Source: Vicinamibacteria bacterium
GTDB taxonomy: Bacteria > Acidobacteriota > Vicinamibacteria > Marinacidobacterales > Marinacidobacteraceae
Reading direction: 5' to 3'
Assembly: GCA_965115855.1 (NCBI GenBank)
Contig: OZ220470.1
Span: 1,743,385-1,807,384, forward strand
DNA: 64,000 nt
The notes beneath the pieces were generated by a model. It saw only the letters and a list, made by a program, of their open reading frames with translations. It searched no databases and had not been told where the DNA came from. Every line of letters begins with the position of its first letter. The stretch's first letter is position 1. The translations under genes and the position numbers were made by a program. Shown here piece by piece: positions 52,563-61,838 of this stretch.

Positions 52563-54824
52563 CTATTCCACCGTGCACTTGGCAAAGTTGTCAACGTTCG
52601 CGCGACCGGCGATATCAGCCACGCCGAGTTTGCCTTTCACCCTATTGTCGTTCCCAGTTTCCGACGCAGGAGGAAGATTGTTCAACAGGCCTTGGGCATC
52701 CCACTCGCAACTAAGGGTCACCGTACGCGTCGCTTCGCAACCGAAAATGAGATCCGAGAACAGGACCTCGAAGTCCTTTTCGAACTCGGCGTCGCAGGCC
52801 TCATTGCCCGCGTCACCATTGTCGCCTTTGGAGCAGGTGGAGGAACCGGCGGGATAATTGTCGGCCACGCCGTCCGGCTTGGCCAAATCTTTACCATAGA
52901 GATCCACTTTCCCGAAGTCTCCGTAAATGGGCATCATCCCGCCATCCGTGAGTGTCCCCCAAATGAAGTCGATATTCCGATTGTGAAAATACTCGTGATC
53001 GGATGCATTAATACCAGATATCTCGTGGGGGGAGGCGTCTCCACGGTTAACAAACCCGTACAGGTCATGAATAACACGAGCCAAAATGGTACCTCTTGAT
53101 GGGATAGAATCCCTTGCGGATGTAGTACCAGGGGCAGCATCGAAATAACCTAATTCGTTGCTATTTCCCATCACTACCAAACCGTCCTTGAAGTAGTCCA
53201 AACTCTCTTCTTCTCCGTCGTCGGCGGTCGGGTGTTTGAATGCCGCCCCTGCATTGCCTTCTGCTATGCTAGAGCCCCGAGCTTCACTCTGAAGAAGCGT
53301 ATTGGGACCGTCGGCAACCGACCCATCCAAGTTGTCATCGAACCAGAGCCGCTTAAACCGCTTGGGCTTCGGGCGGCCTCCTTTGGGGCCGACCTGCCAA
53401 GTAGCCAGAACAAATCCGCCGTCTGCTCCTTCTACGATACTCCCTCGGTTATTCTCACTATCTGAGTTGCTGTTCGCCGCAATGCGCCGTTTGACATTTA
53501 TCCTGACGTCGCCCCAGCCCTTGGCCAAGGCTGCATCGACCTCGTCTTCCAGGAGTTCGCAGACGTCAACCTGATCGGCAGCGGCGAAGGACATGGACTC
53601 GCACTTCAGGTCCTTGAGCGGACCCTCTTTCCATGTGACTTTGCCCCAGAGCATGGAGTTGGAGTCCTTTGGAGAGACTTCCACGCTGTATCCATCCAAG
53701 TGGTTCGTCGTGCGCGCCCGACCCGGGCCTCTGACAAGACTTTCAGTTCCACCGACGCGGACGCGGAAACACTGGTCCGGTTTTTGGACACCACTGCGCG
53801 AAGAAGAGTAATCGACATCAACGGCGCACGCGTCTTTCAAATTCCCGACTTTTTCCAACACAGGAGTGGCCGGCGTGACCGGCTCCTTGATTTTATCGAC
53901 TTGGATGGCGGGGGCGTATGTGGTCCTGTTGGCAGAGTCGACCGTGAATGGTTTGTTCGTACCTTTTTTCGCATCCGGCCCCATGAAGTTGTAATTACTG
54001 AAAACATGCTTCACGGTCATGTCCACACTGGAGGTCGACACCCAACCGAGATCGATTCCGTCGTCTTCGGCCCAGATGTCTGGATTTGATGGGTTGGCGC
54101 CTAGATCATGAATAGTCCTGTTTTCAAATCTACCTCGCATATCATAGATATCATTATCGATCATACCGACTTGTAGAGTAAGATCGGGGTCCCAGTTGGC
54201 GCAGATGTTGGTGGATTCGGCGGAGATTTCGGGAGCTTGGGGTTTTTCGGCTGCGGCGTCGGAGCAGGCGAATGGGCCGCAGGTGATGTAGAGGATTTCG
54301 GAGGTTGGGATTTTTTCTTGGTTAGCGCCGATGGAGACTCTGACGGCTTTGAAAGAGACGCCCATGTTTGCGACGGTGGATTGCATGGCGTTCCAGTCGA
54401 CATTTTTGAAGGGCATGTTGTCGTCGGCTGCGGAGACACCGATACCGTTGGGTTCTGAATCCATCCAGAGGGGGGTGATGACGGCGTCGTGAGAGGAGGA
54501 GACGGTCATCATGGAGTTTGGAGAGGCCATGGCTTTTTTGGCGTCAGTTTCTTCATCTGGGCAGAAAGCGTACCCCATGCAGTCTTTGTCCGCGTCGGCT
54601 TTGGGGGGAGCCATTGAGAGGACGAAGGGATCGGGTTCTGGTTCCGGCTCTGGTTTGGGTTCGGGTTTGGGTTCGGGTTTGGAGCGGGAGCGGGAGCGGG
54701 AGCCGGGTGGGTGGGTGGGATGGTGGATGCTGATAGCGGAGGCGGCGCGGTACCCGAGGAGACTTGGCGCCCGATTGATCCGTGGGGCCGACGGGCGGTG
54801 TCCGACAAGGGCGCACAGGTTCAC
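52563..54824 (-). CDS. Variable lipoprotein paralog B (5'-truncated/silent cassette candidate): lacks signal peptide; 5' 532 bp identical to copy A, remainder diverged and mosaic
   Basis: 753 aa ORF starting at GTG with non-hydrophobic N-terminus MNLCALVGHRPSAPRINRAPS...; PAPAP linker segment is out of frame with KPEP segment relative to copy A; ends ...NFAKCTVE. Confidence 0.6.
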   Translation of the reverse strand: MNLCALVGHRPSAPRINRAPSLLGYRAASAISIHHPTHPPGSRSRSRSKPEPKPEPKPEPEPEPDPFVLSMAPPKADADKDCMGYAFCPDEETDAKKAMASPNSMMTVSSSHDAVITPLWMDSEPNGIGVSAADDNMPFKNVDWNAMQSTVANMGVSFKAVRVSIGANQEKIPTSEILYITCGPFACSDAAAEKPQAPEISAESTNICANWDPDLTLQVGMIDNDIYDMRGRFENRTIHDLGANPSNPDIWAEDDGIDLGWVSTSSVDMTVKHVFSNYNFMGPDAKKGTNKPFTVDSANRTTYAPAIQVDKIKEPVTPATPVLEKVGNLKDACAVDVDYSSSRSGVQKPDQCFRVRVGGTESLVRGPGRARTTNHLDGYSVEVSPKDSNSMLWGKVTWKEGPLKDLKCESMSFAAADQVDVCELLEDEVDAALAKGWGDVRINVKRRIAANSNSDSENNRGSIVEGADGGFVLATWQVGPKGGRPKPKRFKRLWFDDNLDGSVADGPNTLLQSEARGSSIAEGNAGAAFKHPTADDGEEESLDYFKDGLVVMGNSNELGYFDAAPGTTSARDSIPSRGTILARVIHDLYGFVNRGDASPHEISGINASDHEYFHNRNIDFIWGTLTDGGMMPIYGDFGKVDLYGKDLAKPDGVADNYPAGSSTCSKGDNGDAGNEACDAEFEKDFEVLFSDLIFGCEATRTVTLSCEWDAQGLLNNLPPASETGNDNRVKGKLGVADIAGRANVDNFAKCTVE
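54150..54681 (-). repeat. Right arm of perfect 532-bp inverted repeat (see 49743..50274)
   Basis: As for left arm. Confidence 0.9.
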
Positions 54825-54970
54825 TTGAACGCATCAAGCATCCTGTGCGCGATTGCACGCACACGGACGGGTCGGCGATTTACAAGGAACGGGAATAAAT
54901 ACACGGGCCGGCTTTCACGCGTGTTATCCCAAGTCATTCCAGGCGCGTCTCCGTGCTCCCGGAAACGCGC

Positions 54971-57688
54971 CTATGGCTCGGTGGAACCGTTGGTTCGGTA
55001 TCCCAGGCTGAGGAGGTTGGCGAGCAGTCGGTAGGCGCCCGGCGTTCCCTCCGGGAGCTGGCGCCACAGGCCGAGACCCAGATAGAGCCAGCGACCCTCG
55101 CCGTGACGGATCTCCACGAGGATGCCGCGCTTCTCGCCAGCGTTGTACGGGAAGGGATCCTCCGACGCCAGCAGGTCGATCGCGGCGGGATCGTCGCCGG
55201 TCTCGAGGAAGTAGAGGCCCCGCTCCTGGACCCATCCGTCCCAGTCGGCGGGGCCGATGCGGTTCGGGCCGAGAAAGACCGGATGATCGGGAACCAGGAC
55301 CTGCATGGGCGCATTCTCGTCGGTAATGCGGCCGCGTCCGACCCGAATCGGTGAGGGCGCCCAGGGGCCGGCATTGAACTCGAACTTGTTGTACTGGACG
55401 AGGAGGGTGCCGCCATCCGCCACGAAGTCCAGCAGGCGCTGGTTGTAGGTGCGGAGGTCGGGGCGGGCGAGATAGGCGCGCACGCCGAGCACGATGGTGT
55501 CGAATCGGGAGAGGTCGCCCTCCGCGAGATCCTCCTCATCCAGGAAGGTCAACGAAACGCCCAGTTGGCCGATGGCCTCCGCCACCTCGTCTCCGACGCC
55601 CTCCACCCAGGCGACCTTCACCGGGGCCACCGTCGCGTCCAGAACCCGCGCCAGCGCCTCCGCCGGGCGGAAGCGATACCGGGTCTCGATGTGGTGGTAG
55701 GCGATCGTCTCGACCGTCTCCCCGAAGACCGTGCCGTCCGCCAGCCGGACTTCGGCGGCGAGCCGGTACCCACCATCGGCGACGCCCGCGGGAACCGTGG
55801 CCTCGAAGGCGACGCCCTGCTCTCCGGGGCCGGAAAAACGGAGCGTTGCGGATGCCGGACGCACCTCCCAGCCGGATGGTGCATCAAGACCGACCTCGAC
55901 CTCGGCCTCCTCCACGCTTCGCCAGGTCACCCGCACCGAGAGGGAGCGGGTTCGTTGCCCCCGGGGAAACACCACGATCGGGGGTGTCACCCGAACCGCG
56001 GCAAGCGGCAACACGGAAACCTCCTTCTGCTTCTCGGTTCCCACGAAGGGACCGCCATAGCGATACGCGACCGGCAGGGTGACGCTTGCGGGAATGTCGT
56101 CGGTCTCGAAGTCCACCCGGGCGCGGACCGGGGACGGAGGCGCGGCGGCCCCGAAGAGCGACGGATCGGAAGCGACGAACCGGTCCCGGCCCGGCGCCGC
56201 GTCGAATACCTGCCGACTGAGCGTCGCATCCGCTGCCGCGGTCACCCGGAAGGAGGCGCGGACCGCATCGCCTGTCGCCATCTCCACCGGGAAGTCGGCG
56301 CCGACCACCACCGGTCGCGCCTGCGAACGGGATCCGCGCCCCCGGGCCGGGGGTTGCGCATTCGGCCCGGTCTCCCAGCCGTCCGGGGTCTCTATCGAGA
56401 TCCCGGTCAGCGTCAGCGGTTCCGAACCGCCCGCCTGCACGAAGACCTCGGCCCCGAAGCTTCCCCCCGGAACCACTTCGCCGGCGTCCGCCACCGGATG
56501 CGTCAGCAACCCGTGGGCGAGCGCGAGTGCTTCCTGAATCTGGACTTCCTTGGGGGCGACGCGGTGCCGGATCTCGAGGACGGCGCCCGGATCCAGGTCG
56601 GCGGAGACCTGAAGCACCCGCCGCGCGGCGATCAGGGCTTCCCGGAGCGCCGGGATGGACTCGTGGGGTGATGTGGAGGAAAAGGCCCACTGCGCACCAC
56701 CGACGGCTCGTTCGAGATCGCCGAGAGCCCGCTCGGTGGCGACGACCGCGTCCGGGTCTCCATGCACGAAGGCCCGCAGCCGTTCCAGCCCCACTGGAAT
56801 ACCCGGGAAGAGATCGTTCTCGCCGGTCTCCGAAACCAGATTCCGCATTTCCACCAGGACCGCCGGCCCGGACGCCGGGGCGCCGCGCACCTGTCCCATC
56901 CCCTGACAGCGGTGCGCCGAGCGGGCCTCCTGACCGAGGTCCGCGTATGTCCGCCCGAGCAGCGGATCCCAGATCGCGGTGTCCACCCGCACTACCCGGT
57001 CCCCGGCGACGGTGCCCCCCCCGACGCCCCCCACGAAGAGCTTGAGCGGTTGCCAGGGACGCAAACCGAGTTCCCGATGCTCGGGAAACCGCTCGGCGTC
57101 GCCGGCAGCGTCGAAGGCTTCGATGGTGATCCGCCCGGTCGCCTGGTGGTGCTGGCCGCCTCCCTCGCCCGCGGGTGGGAGGGTCAGGATCACGTCGGGA
57201 CGAAGGGTCCGGATCATCCGCACCACTTCACCGAGCGTTTCCTCGTGGCCCCACTTCTTGAGGGTCTCCTCGACACTGAACGAGTATCCGAAATCGGAGA
57301 CCATCCCGAAGAACTGTTCCACCGCGTCCAGCCGGTGCGAGGTGAGGAGTTCCTCGGTGCGCAGGATCCGGAGGCCGTCAAACAGTTCGGGGCCGATCTC
57401 GTTCTGACCGCCGCCGCCCCGGGTCAGCGTCAGCAGCGAGACCCGGGCCCCCATCCCTCGGGAAAGGCGGGCGTGGAGGGCGTTGTTCTCGTCGTCCGGG
57501 TGGGCCGTGATGGTGAGGACGGAGACGCCGCTTTCGATCTTGCGCAGCTTGAGCCCGAGGCCGGATGCGCCACGATCCTCGGCGAGGGGGCGGAGCTGTG
57601 CAGCGGTCGGAGCGGCAAGCAGCAAGACGAGCAGCGGGGCGGCTGCCGCTAGGACTGCCCGCACTCGGTGCGTGGATGCGGTGATCAT
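54971..57688 (-). CDS. Secreted PIG-L/LmbE-family N-deacetylase fused to large C-terminal domain (905 aa)
   Basis: Signal peptide MITASTHRVRAVLAAAAPLLVLLLAAPTAAQ; ...LTITAHPDDENNALH... PIG-L motif. Confidence 0.75.
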   Translation of the reverse strand: MITASTHRVRAVLAAAAPLLVLLLAAPTAAQLRPLAEDRGASGLGLKLRKIESGVSVLTITAHPDDENNALHARLSRGMGARVSLLTLTRGGGGQNEIGPELFDGLRILRTEELLTSHRLDAVEQFFGMVSDFGYSFSVEETLKKWGHEETLGEVVRMIRTLRPDVILTLPPAGEGGGQHHQATGRITIEAFDAAGDAERFPEHRELGLRPWQPLKLFVGGVGGGTVAGDRVVRVDTAIWDPLLGRTYADLGQEARSAHRCQGMGQVRGAPASGPAVLVEMRNLVSETGENDLFPGIPVGLERLRAFVHGDPDAVVATERALGDLERAVGGAQWAFSSTSPHESIPALREALIAARRVLQVSADLDPGAVLEIRHRVAPKEVQIQEALALAHGLLTHPVADAGEVVPGGSFGAEVFVQAGGSEPLTLTGISIETPDGWETGPNAQPPARGRGSRSQARPVVVGADFPVEMATGDAVRASFRVTAAADATLSRQVFDAAPGRDRFVASDPSLFGAAAPPSPVRARVDFETDDIPASVTLPVAYRYGGPFVGTEKQKEVSVLPLAAVRVTPPIVVFPRGQRTRSLSVRVTWRSVEEAEVEVGLDAPSGWEVRPASATLRFSGPGEQGVAFEATVPAGVADGGYRLAAEVRLADGTVFGETVETIAYHHIETRYRFRPAEALARVLDATVAPVKVAWVEGVGDEVAEAIGQLGVSLTFLDEEDLAEGDLSRFDTIVLGVRAYLARPDLRTYNQRLLDFVADGGTLLVQYNKFEFNAGPWAPSPIRVGRGRITDENAPMQVLVPDHPVFLGPNRIGPADWDGWVQERGLYFLETGDDPAAIDLLASEDPFPYNAGEKRGILVEIRHGEGRWLYLGLGLWRQLPEGTPGAYRLLANLLSLGYRTNGSTEP

Positions 57689-57905
57689 GGTGTTCCCTCG
57701 GGGCTCGGGTCGAGACCGGCTACGCTCCCCGGGGCGCGTCCTCCGAAGAGCGTTCTGATGTTAGCGGCACCCCCGTCCCCACTCGAAAGCGACAAACCGA
57801 CGGGAGGATTCTCCCACCTTTACGTGGCGGTTCTGGTGGTCGAATTGCTCTTCTGTCTGCTCCTGCTGCTGTTCTCCGGCGCGTTCCGGGCCTGACGGGC
57901 GTTCC

Positions 57906-59597
57906 GTGCAGTTCCTCGACTGGACCGTCGTCGCCGCCTACTTCGGGCTGATTGCGTTCATCGGATACTGGACCGGGAGGGGCAGCCGCGGGCTCGAGGA
58001 CTATTTCCTGGCCCGGCGTTCCATGCCCTGGTATGCAATGGGGCTCTCGGTGATGGCCACCCAGGCCAGCGCCATCACCCTGGTGGGAACCACCGGGCAG
58101 GCCTACGTGGACGGGATGCGGTTCATCCAGATCTACCTGGGCCTGCCGATCGCCATGGTGATCCTGTGCGTCACCCTGGTTCCGCTGTTCTACCGGGCGA
58201 GGGTCTTCACCGCCTACGAATACCTGGAAGCGCGCTGCGGGTCGAGGACCCGGACCCTCACCAGCCTGCTCTTCCTGTTCGGGCGCGCGCTCTCGGGGGC
58301 GGTCGTGATCTATGCCCCCTCGGTGGTGTTGTCCGTGGTATTCGCCCTCGATGAAACCTGGACGATTCTCATCATCGGCGGCTTCGCCACCGTGTACACC
58401 GCGCTCGGGGGGATGCGCGCGGTCATGTGGGTGGAGACCTGGCAGATGCTCATCATTCTGCTGGGGATCCTCTTCTGCCTCGGCTCGGTCATCTTCGGCC
58501 TGCCGGAGGAGGTGGGCCTCGGCGGAGCCCTCAAGCTGGCGGGCGCCACCGGAAGGCTGGAAACGCTCTCGTTCGACCCCGATCCCCGCCTCACCTACAC
58601 CGTCTGGACCGGGATCCTCGGCGGGCTGTTCCTGATGCTCTCGTATTTCGGATGCGACCAGAGCCAGGTCCAACGCTACCTGACCGGCAAGTCGCTCGCC
58701 GAAAGCCGGCGGTCCCTGCTCTTCAACGCCTTCGCCAAGCTCCCGGTCCAGTTCGTGATCCTGTTGACCGGGGCGCTCCTGTTCGTCTTCTACCAGTTCG
58801 AGCGGCCTCCCGTTCTCTTCGACCCGGCGATGCTGGACCGGGCGCGGGTGGAGCGCCCGGCAGAGATGGCGGAAACCGAGGCGCGGTATGCGGCTGCCTT
58901 TCAGGAGCGGCGGGAGGCGGCGCTGGCGTTCACCGGCTCGGAGTCGGCGGCGGGTCGTGAACGGTTTCTCGCGGCGCAGGCCCGCTTCGATGACGTTCGC
59001 GCCGACGCGATCCGCACCGTCACCGGGATCCGGGGCGAGCCCTGGACCGACACGAACCATATCTTTCCGAGCTTCGTGTTCGCCCGGCTGCCAGCGGGCA
59101 TGGTCGGCCTGATCCTGGTCGCGGTACTGGCGGCGGCAATGTCCACCGTGGAGTCCGAACTCTCGGCGCTATCCACCGCCTCGGTTGTGGACTTCTACAG
59201 GCGCTTCCGCCGAAAACCGGCCTCCGAGCGCCACTTCCTCCGGGCCGGTCGGGTGGGCATCCTGTTCTGGGGGGCGGTCGCCACCACGGCCGCGCTTTAC
59301 ATGGGCCGCCTGGGATCGGCGGTGGAGGCGGTAAACCGGGTCGGTTCCTTCTTCTACGGGCCGATCCTCGGGGCCTTCGTGCTGGCGGCTGCCTTCCCCG
59401 GGCGCGGAGCGCGGCAGGCATTCCCGGCCGTGCTCGCCGGGGTCGCGGCCGTCTGGGTGGCCGATCTTGCGCCGCGCGCGCTCGGGGTTCCCGGCGTCTC
59501 CTATCTCTACTACAACCTTGTCGGCGCGGGGGTGACGGTGGTGGTGGGCCTCGGCCTCGGAGCGCTGCGGGCGCGCGTCCCCGACGCTTCCCGATGA
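57906..59597 (+). CDS. Sodium:solute symporter (SSS/SLC5 family) transporter
   Basis: GTG start; 563 aa multi-TM; MQFLDWTVVAAYFGLIAFIGYWTGRGSRGLEDYFLARRSMPWYAMGLSVMATQASAITLVG... Confidence 0.85.
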   Translation: MQFLDWTVVAAYFGLIAFIGYWTGRGSRGLEDYFLARRSMPWYAMGLSVMATQASAITLVGTTGQAYVDGMRFIQIYLGLPIAMVILCVTLVPLFYRARVFTAYEYLEARCGSRTRTLTSLLFLFGRALSGAVVIYAPSVVLSVVFALDETWTILIIGGFATVYTALGGMRAVMWVETWQMLIILLGILFCLGSVIFGLPEEVGLGGALKLAGATGRLETLSFDPDPRLTYTVWTGILGGLFLMLSYFGCDQSQVQRYLTGKSLAESRRSLLFNAFAKLPVQFVILLTGALLFVFYQFERPPVLFDPAMLDRARVERPAEMAETEARYAAAFQERREAALAFTGSESAAGRERFLAAQARFDDVRADAIRTVTGIRGEPWTDTNHIFPSFVFARLPAGMVGLILVAVLAAAMSTVESELSALSTASVVDFYRRFRRKPASERHFLRAGRVGILFWGAVATTAALYMGRLGSAVEAVNRVGSFFYGPILGAFVLAAAFPGRGARQAFPAVLAGVAAVWVADLAPRALGVPGVSYLYYNLVGAGVTVVVGLGLGALRARVPDASR

Positions 59598-61348
59598 TCC
59601 GGCGCTTGCGTCGGGTTCGCGACGGCCTGGCCGGCGCGGCCCGGCTGGTTGCGTCCGGGGAGCTCCGGCGGCGCCCGGGTTTTTTCACCGCGCTCCATCT
59701 GGCAGTGGGAGCGACGGTTGGCGGAGCCATCGTCTGTTTCATTCTGGTGACCGAGGCGCTCGCCGATTTCGTGGTGCATGGGGAGGGACTCGGCAACTGG
59801 CGGTACGCCGCCCCGGTCGTGGGCGCCCTTCTGTCCGGGATGCTGCTGTGGCGCTGGTTCGGGGAAGCCCGGGGCAGCGGAATCCCGCAGACGAAGGCGG
59901 CGTTGCTGGCGGGCGGGGGCCGGATCCCCTTTCGGGTCGTCGTCGGCAAATTCCTGTGCGGCGGACTCGCCATCGGGAGCGGGATTCCGCTGGGCCGCGA
60001 AGGACCGTCGGCCCAGATCGGGGCCGGGATCGCCTCCACCTTCGGTTCCCTCCTGAAGCTGGACGGTGAACGGCGCCAGCAGCTGGTGCCGGTGGGCACT
60101 GCGGCCGCAATCGCGGCGGCGTTCAACACGCCGATCGCGGCGATCCTCTTCTCGCTCGAGGAAATCGTGGGGAACCTGCACGCACGGGTCCTCGGCTCGG
60201 TGGTGCTGAGCGCGGTAGCGAGTTGGCTGGTGCTCCGGCTCTCGCTCGGCGACGAGCCGCTCTTCACTGTCCCGCCCTACGAACTCGGCCATCCGGCGGA
60301 ACTGTTGATCTATGGAGTGCTCGGCCTCCTCGGGGGACTGGTCTCGGTGGCCTTCGTCAGGATGTTGCTGCGCCTCCGCCTCGAGTTCCGCAAGCTGCCC
60401 GCCCGCACGGCATGGCTCCAGCCGGCGATCGGCGGGTCCGCAGTGGCCGCTTCGTGGCTCTTGCTCCCCGGTCTGTTCGAGGTCGGCTACGGCCCGGTGG
60501 GCCAGGCGCTCGCCGGCGCGTTGCCGACCGGGACGATGGCGATGCTGCTCATCCTGCACCTCGCCCTGGTGGTTATCGCCTATGCCTCCGGGAACGCCGG
60601 GGGGATCTTCGGCCCCAGCATCTTTCTCGGCGCGATGCTCGGCGGATGCGTCGGGGGACTCGCCAATCTCTGGTTCGATTTCGCCAGCGGCCCCGGCGCC
60701 TATGCGCTCGTCGGGATGGGCGCCGCCTTTGCCGGCATCCTTCGGGCGCCGATGGCGTCGGTGTTCATGATCTTCGAGATCACCCAGAGCTACGCGGTCA
60801 TCGTGCCGCTGATGATCGGCAACCTTGTCTCCTTCTTCGTGTCCCGCCGCCTCCAGCCGGTTACCGTCTATGAAGCGCTGGCCGCCCAGGACGGCGTGAG
60901 CCTTCCCGCCGGAGAGGATGTCCACGACCACCCGGTGGTCCGTGCCGCCATGCACCCGCCGCGCGAGTTGCTGGTCCCGGAACTGACGGTGGAGGACGCC
61001 ATCGAACGGGTGGCGCTTTCGGGCCGTCAGGCCTGGCCGGTGGTGCGCGGTTCGCGTCTTTTCGGCTTCGTGACGCTCGCCGAACTGGAGCGGTCCCACG
61101 AATGGGGCCAGGACCAGGAACAGCTCGGAGACCTGCTCCGCGGACGGCGTATCCCGCATGTGTACGCCGACCAGTCCATCGACCACGCCCTGGCCCACCT
61201 GGGTCGCCTCGGGCTCGAGTCCATCCCGGTGGTGAGCCGGGTGGACGGGCGCCGCCTGGAGGGCATCGTGACGGTGGCGGGCCTGATGCGTGCCTACGGG
61301 CTTGCCGGACCGTCGGTGGAGGCGCCGCCCCGGGGCATCCCGGGATGA
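59594..61348 (+). CDS. ClC-family chloride channel/transporter with C-terminal CBS domains
   Basis: ATGA overlap with SSS stop; ClC motifs GSGIPQ, GREGP, GIFGPS; two CBS-like segments at C-terminus. Confidence 0.88.
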   Translation: MIRRLRRVRDGLAGAARLVASGELRRRPGFFTALHLAVGATVGGAIVCFILVTEALADFVVHGEGLGNWRYAAPVVGALLSGMLLWRWFGEARGSGIPQTKAALLAGGGRIPFRVVVGKFLCGGLAIGSGIPLGREGPSAQIGAGIASTFGSLLKLDGERRQQLVPVGTAAAIAAAFNTPIAAILFSLEEIVGNLHARVLGSVVLSAVASWLVLRLSLGDEPLFTVPPYELGHPAELLIYGVLGLLGGLVSVAFVRMLLRLRLEFRKLPARTAWLQPAIGGSAVAASWLLLPGLFEVGYGPVGQALAGALPTGTMAMLLILHLALVVIAYASGNAGGIFGPSIFLGAMLGGCVGGLANLWFDFASGPGAYALVGMGAAFAGILRAPMASVFMIFEITQSYAVIVPLMIGNLVSFFVSRRLQPVTVYEALAAQDGVSLPAGEDVHDHPVVRAAMHPPRELLVPELTVEDAIERVALSGRQAWPVVRGSRLFGFVTLAELERSHEWGQDQEQLGDLLRGRRIPHVYADQSIDHALAHLGRLGLESIPVVSRVDGRRLEGIVTVAGLMRAYGLAGPSVEAPPRGIPG

Positions 61349-61800
61349 TCGCGGTGGTTCAGCGGGTGCGGCGCGCCTCGGTTGCGGTCTCCGGGGAAAC
61401 GGTGTCGGAAATCGGCTCCGGACTGCTGGTGCTGCTCGGGGTGGAGACCGCGGACACCCCGCGCGACGCAGCCTGGATGGCCCGCAAGATTGCCAGCCTC
61501 CGGGTGTTCCCGGGGCCGGGCGGGCCGTCCCGCCTCAGCGTCCTCGAAACGGGCGGCGCGGCGCTCGTGGTCTCCCAGTTCACCCTGCTCGGCGACTGCC
61601 GCAAGGGCCGCCGCCCGTCGTTCACCCGCGCCGCCTCCGGCCCCGATGCGGAGGTCCGCTATCTGGAATTCTGCGAACGGCTGGCCGAAACCGGGGTACC
61701 GTCGGGTCGGGGCGTGTTCGGAGCGATGATGGAGGTCTCGCTCGTGAATGACGGGCCCTTCACGCTGGTGATCGAAAGCCCGGGGAAGCCGGTGAAGTAA
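61345..61800 (+). CDS. dtd: D-aminoacyl-tRNA deacylase
   Basis: ATGA overlap with ClC stop; MIAVVQRVRRASVAVSGETVSEIGSGLLVLLGV...SQFTLLGDCRKGRRPSF...; 151 aa. Confidence 0.9.
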   Translation: MIAVVQRVRRASVAVSGETVSEIGSGLLVLLGVETADTPRDAAWMARKIASLRVFPGPGGPSRLSVLETGGAALVVSQFTLLGDCRKGRRPSFTRAASGPDAEVRYLEFCERLAETGVPSGRGVFGAMMEVSLVNDGPFTLVIESPGKPVK

Positions 61801-61838
61801 CCTTCCCCGATTCGGGGCGGGGGTTCCCGCCGAACGAG

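Noticed and set aside
52482-53099. 205-aa plus ORF and other ORFs (52934..53140, 53232..54089) antisense within lipoprotein B
   Set aside because: They overlap the better-supported minus-strand paralog of gene A. There is no independent support.
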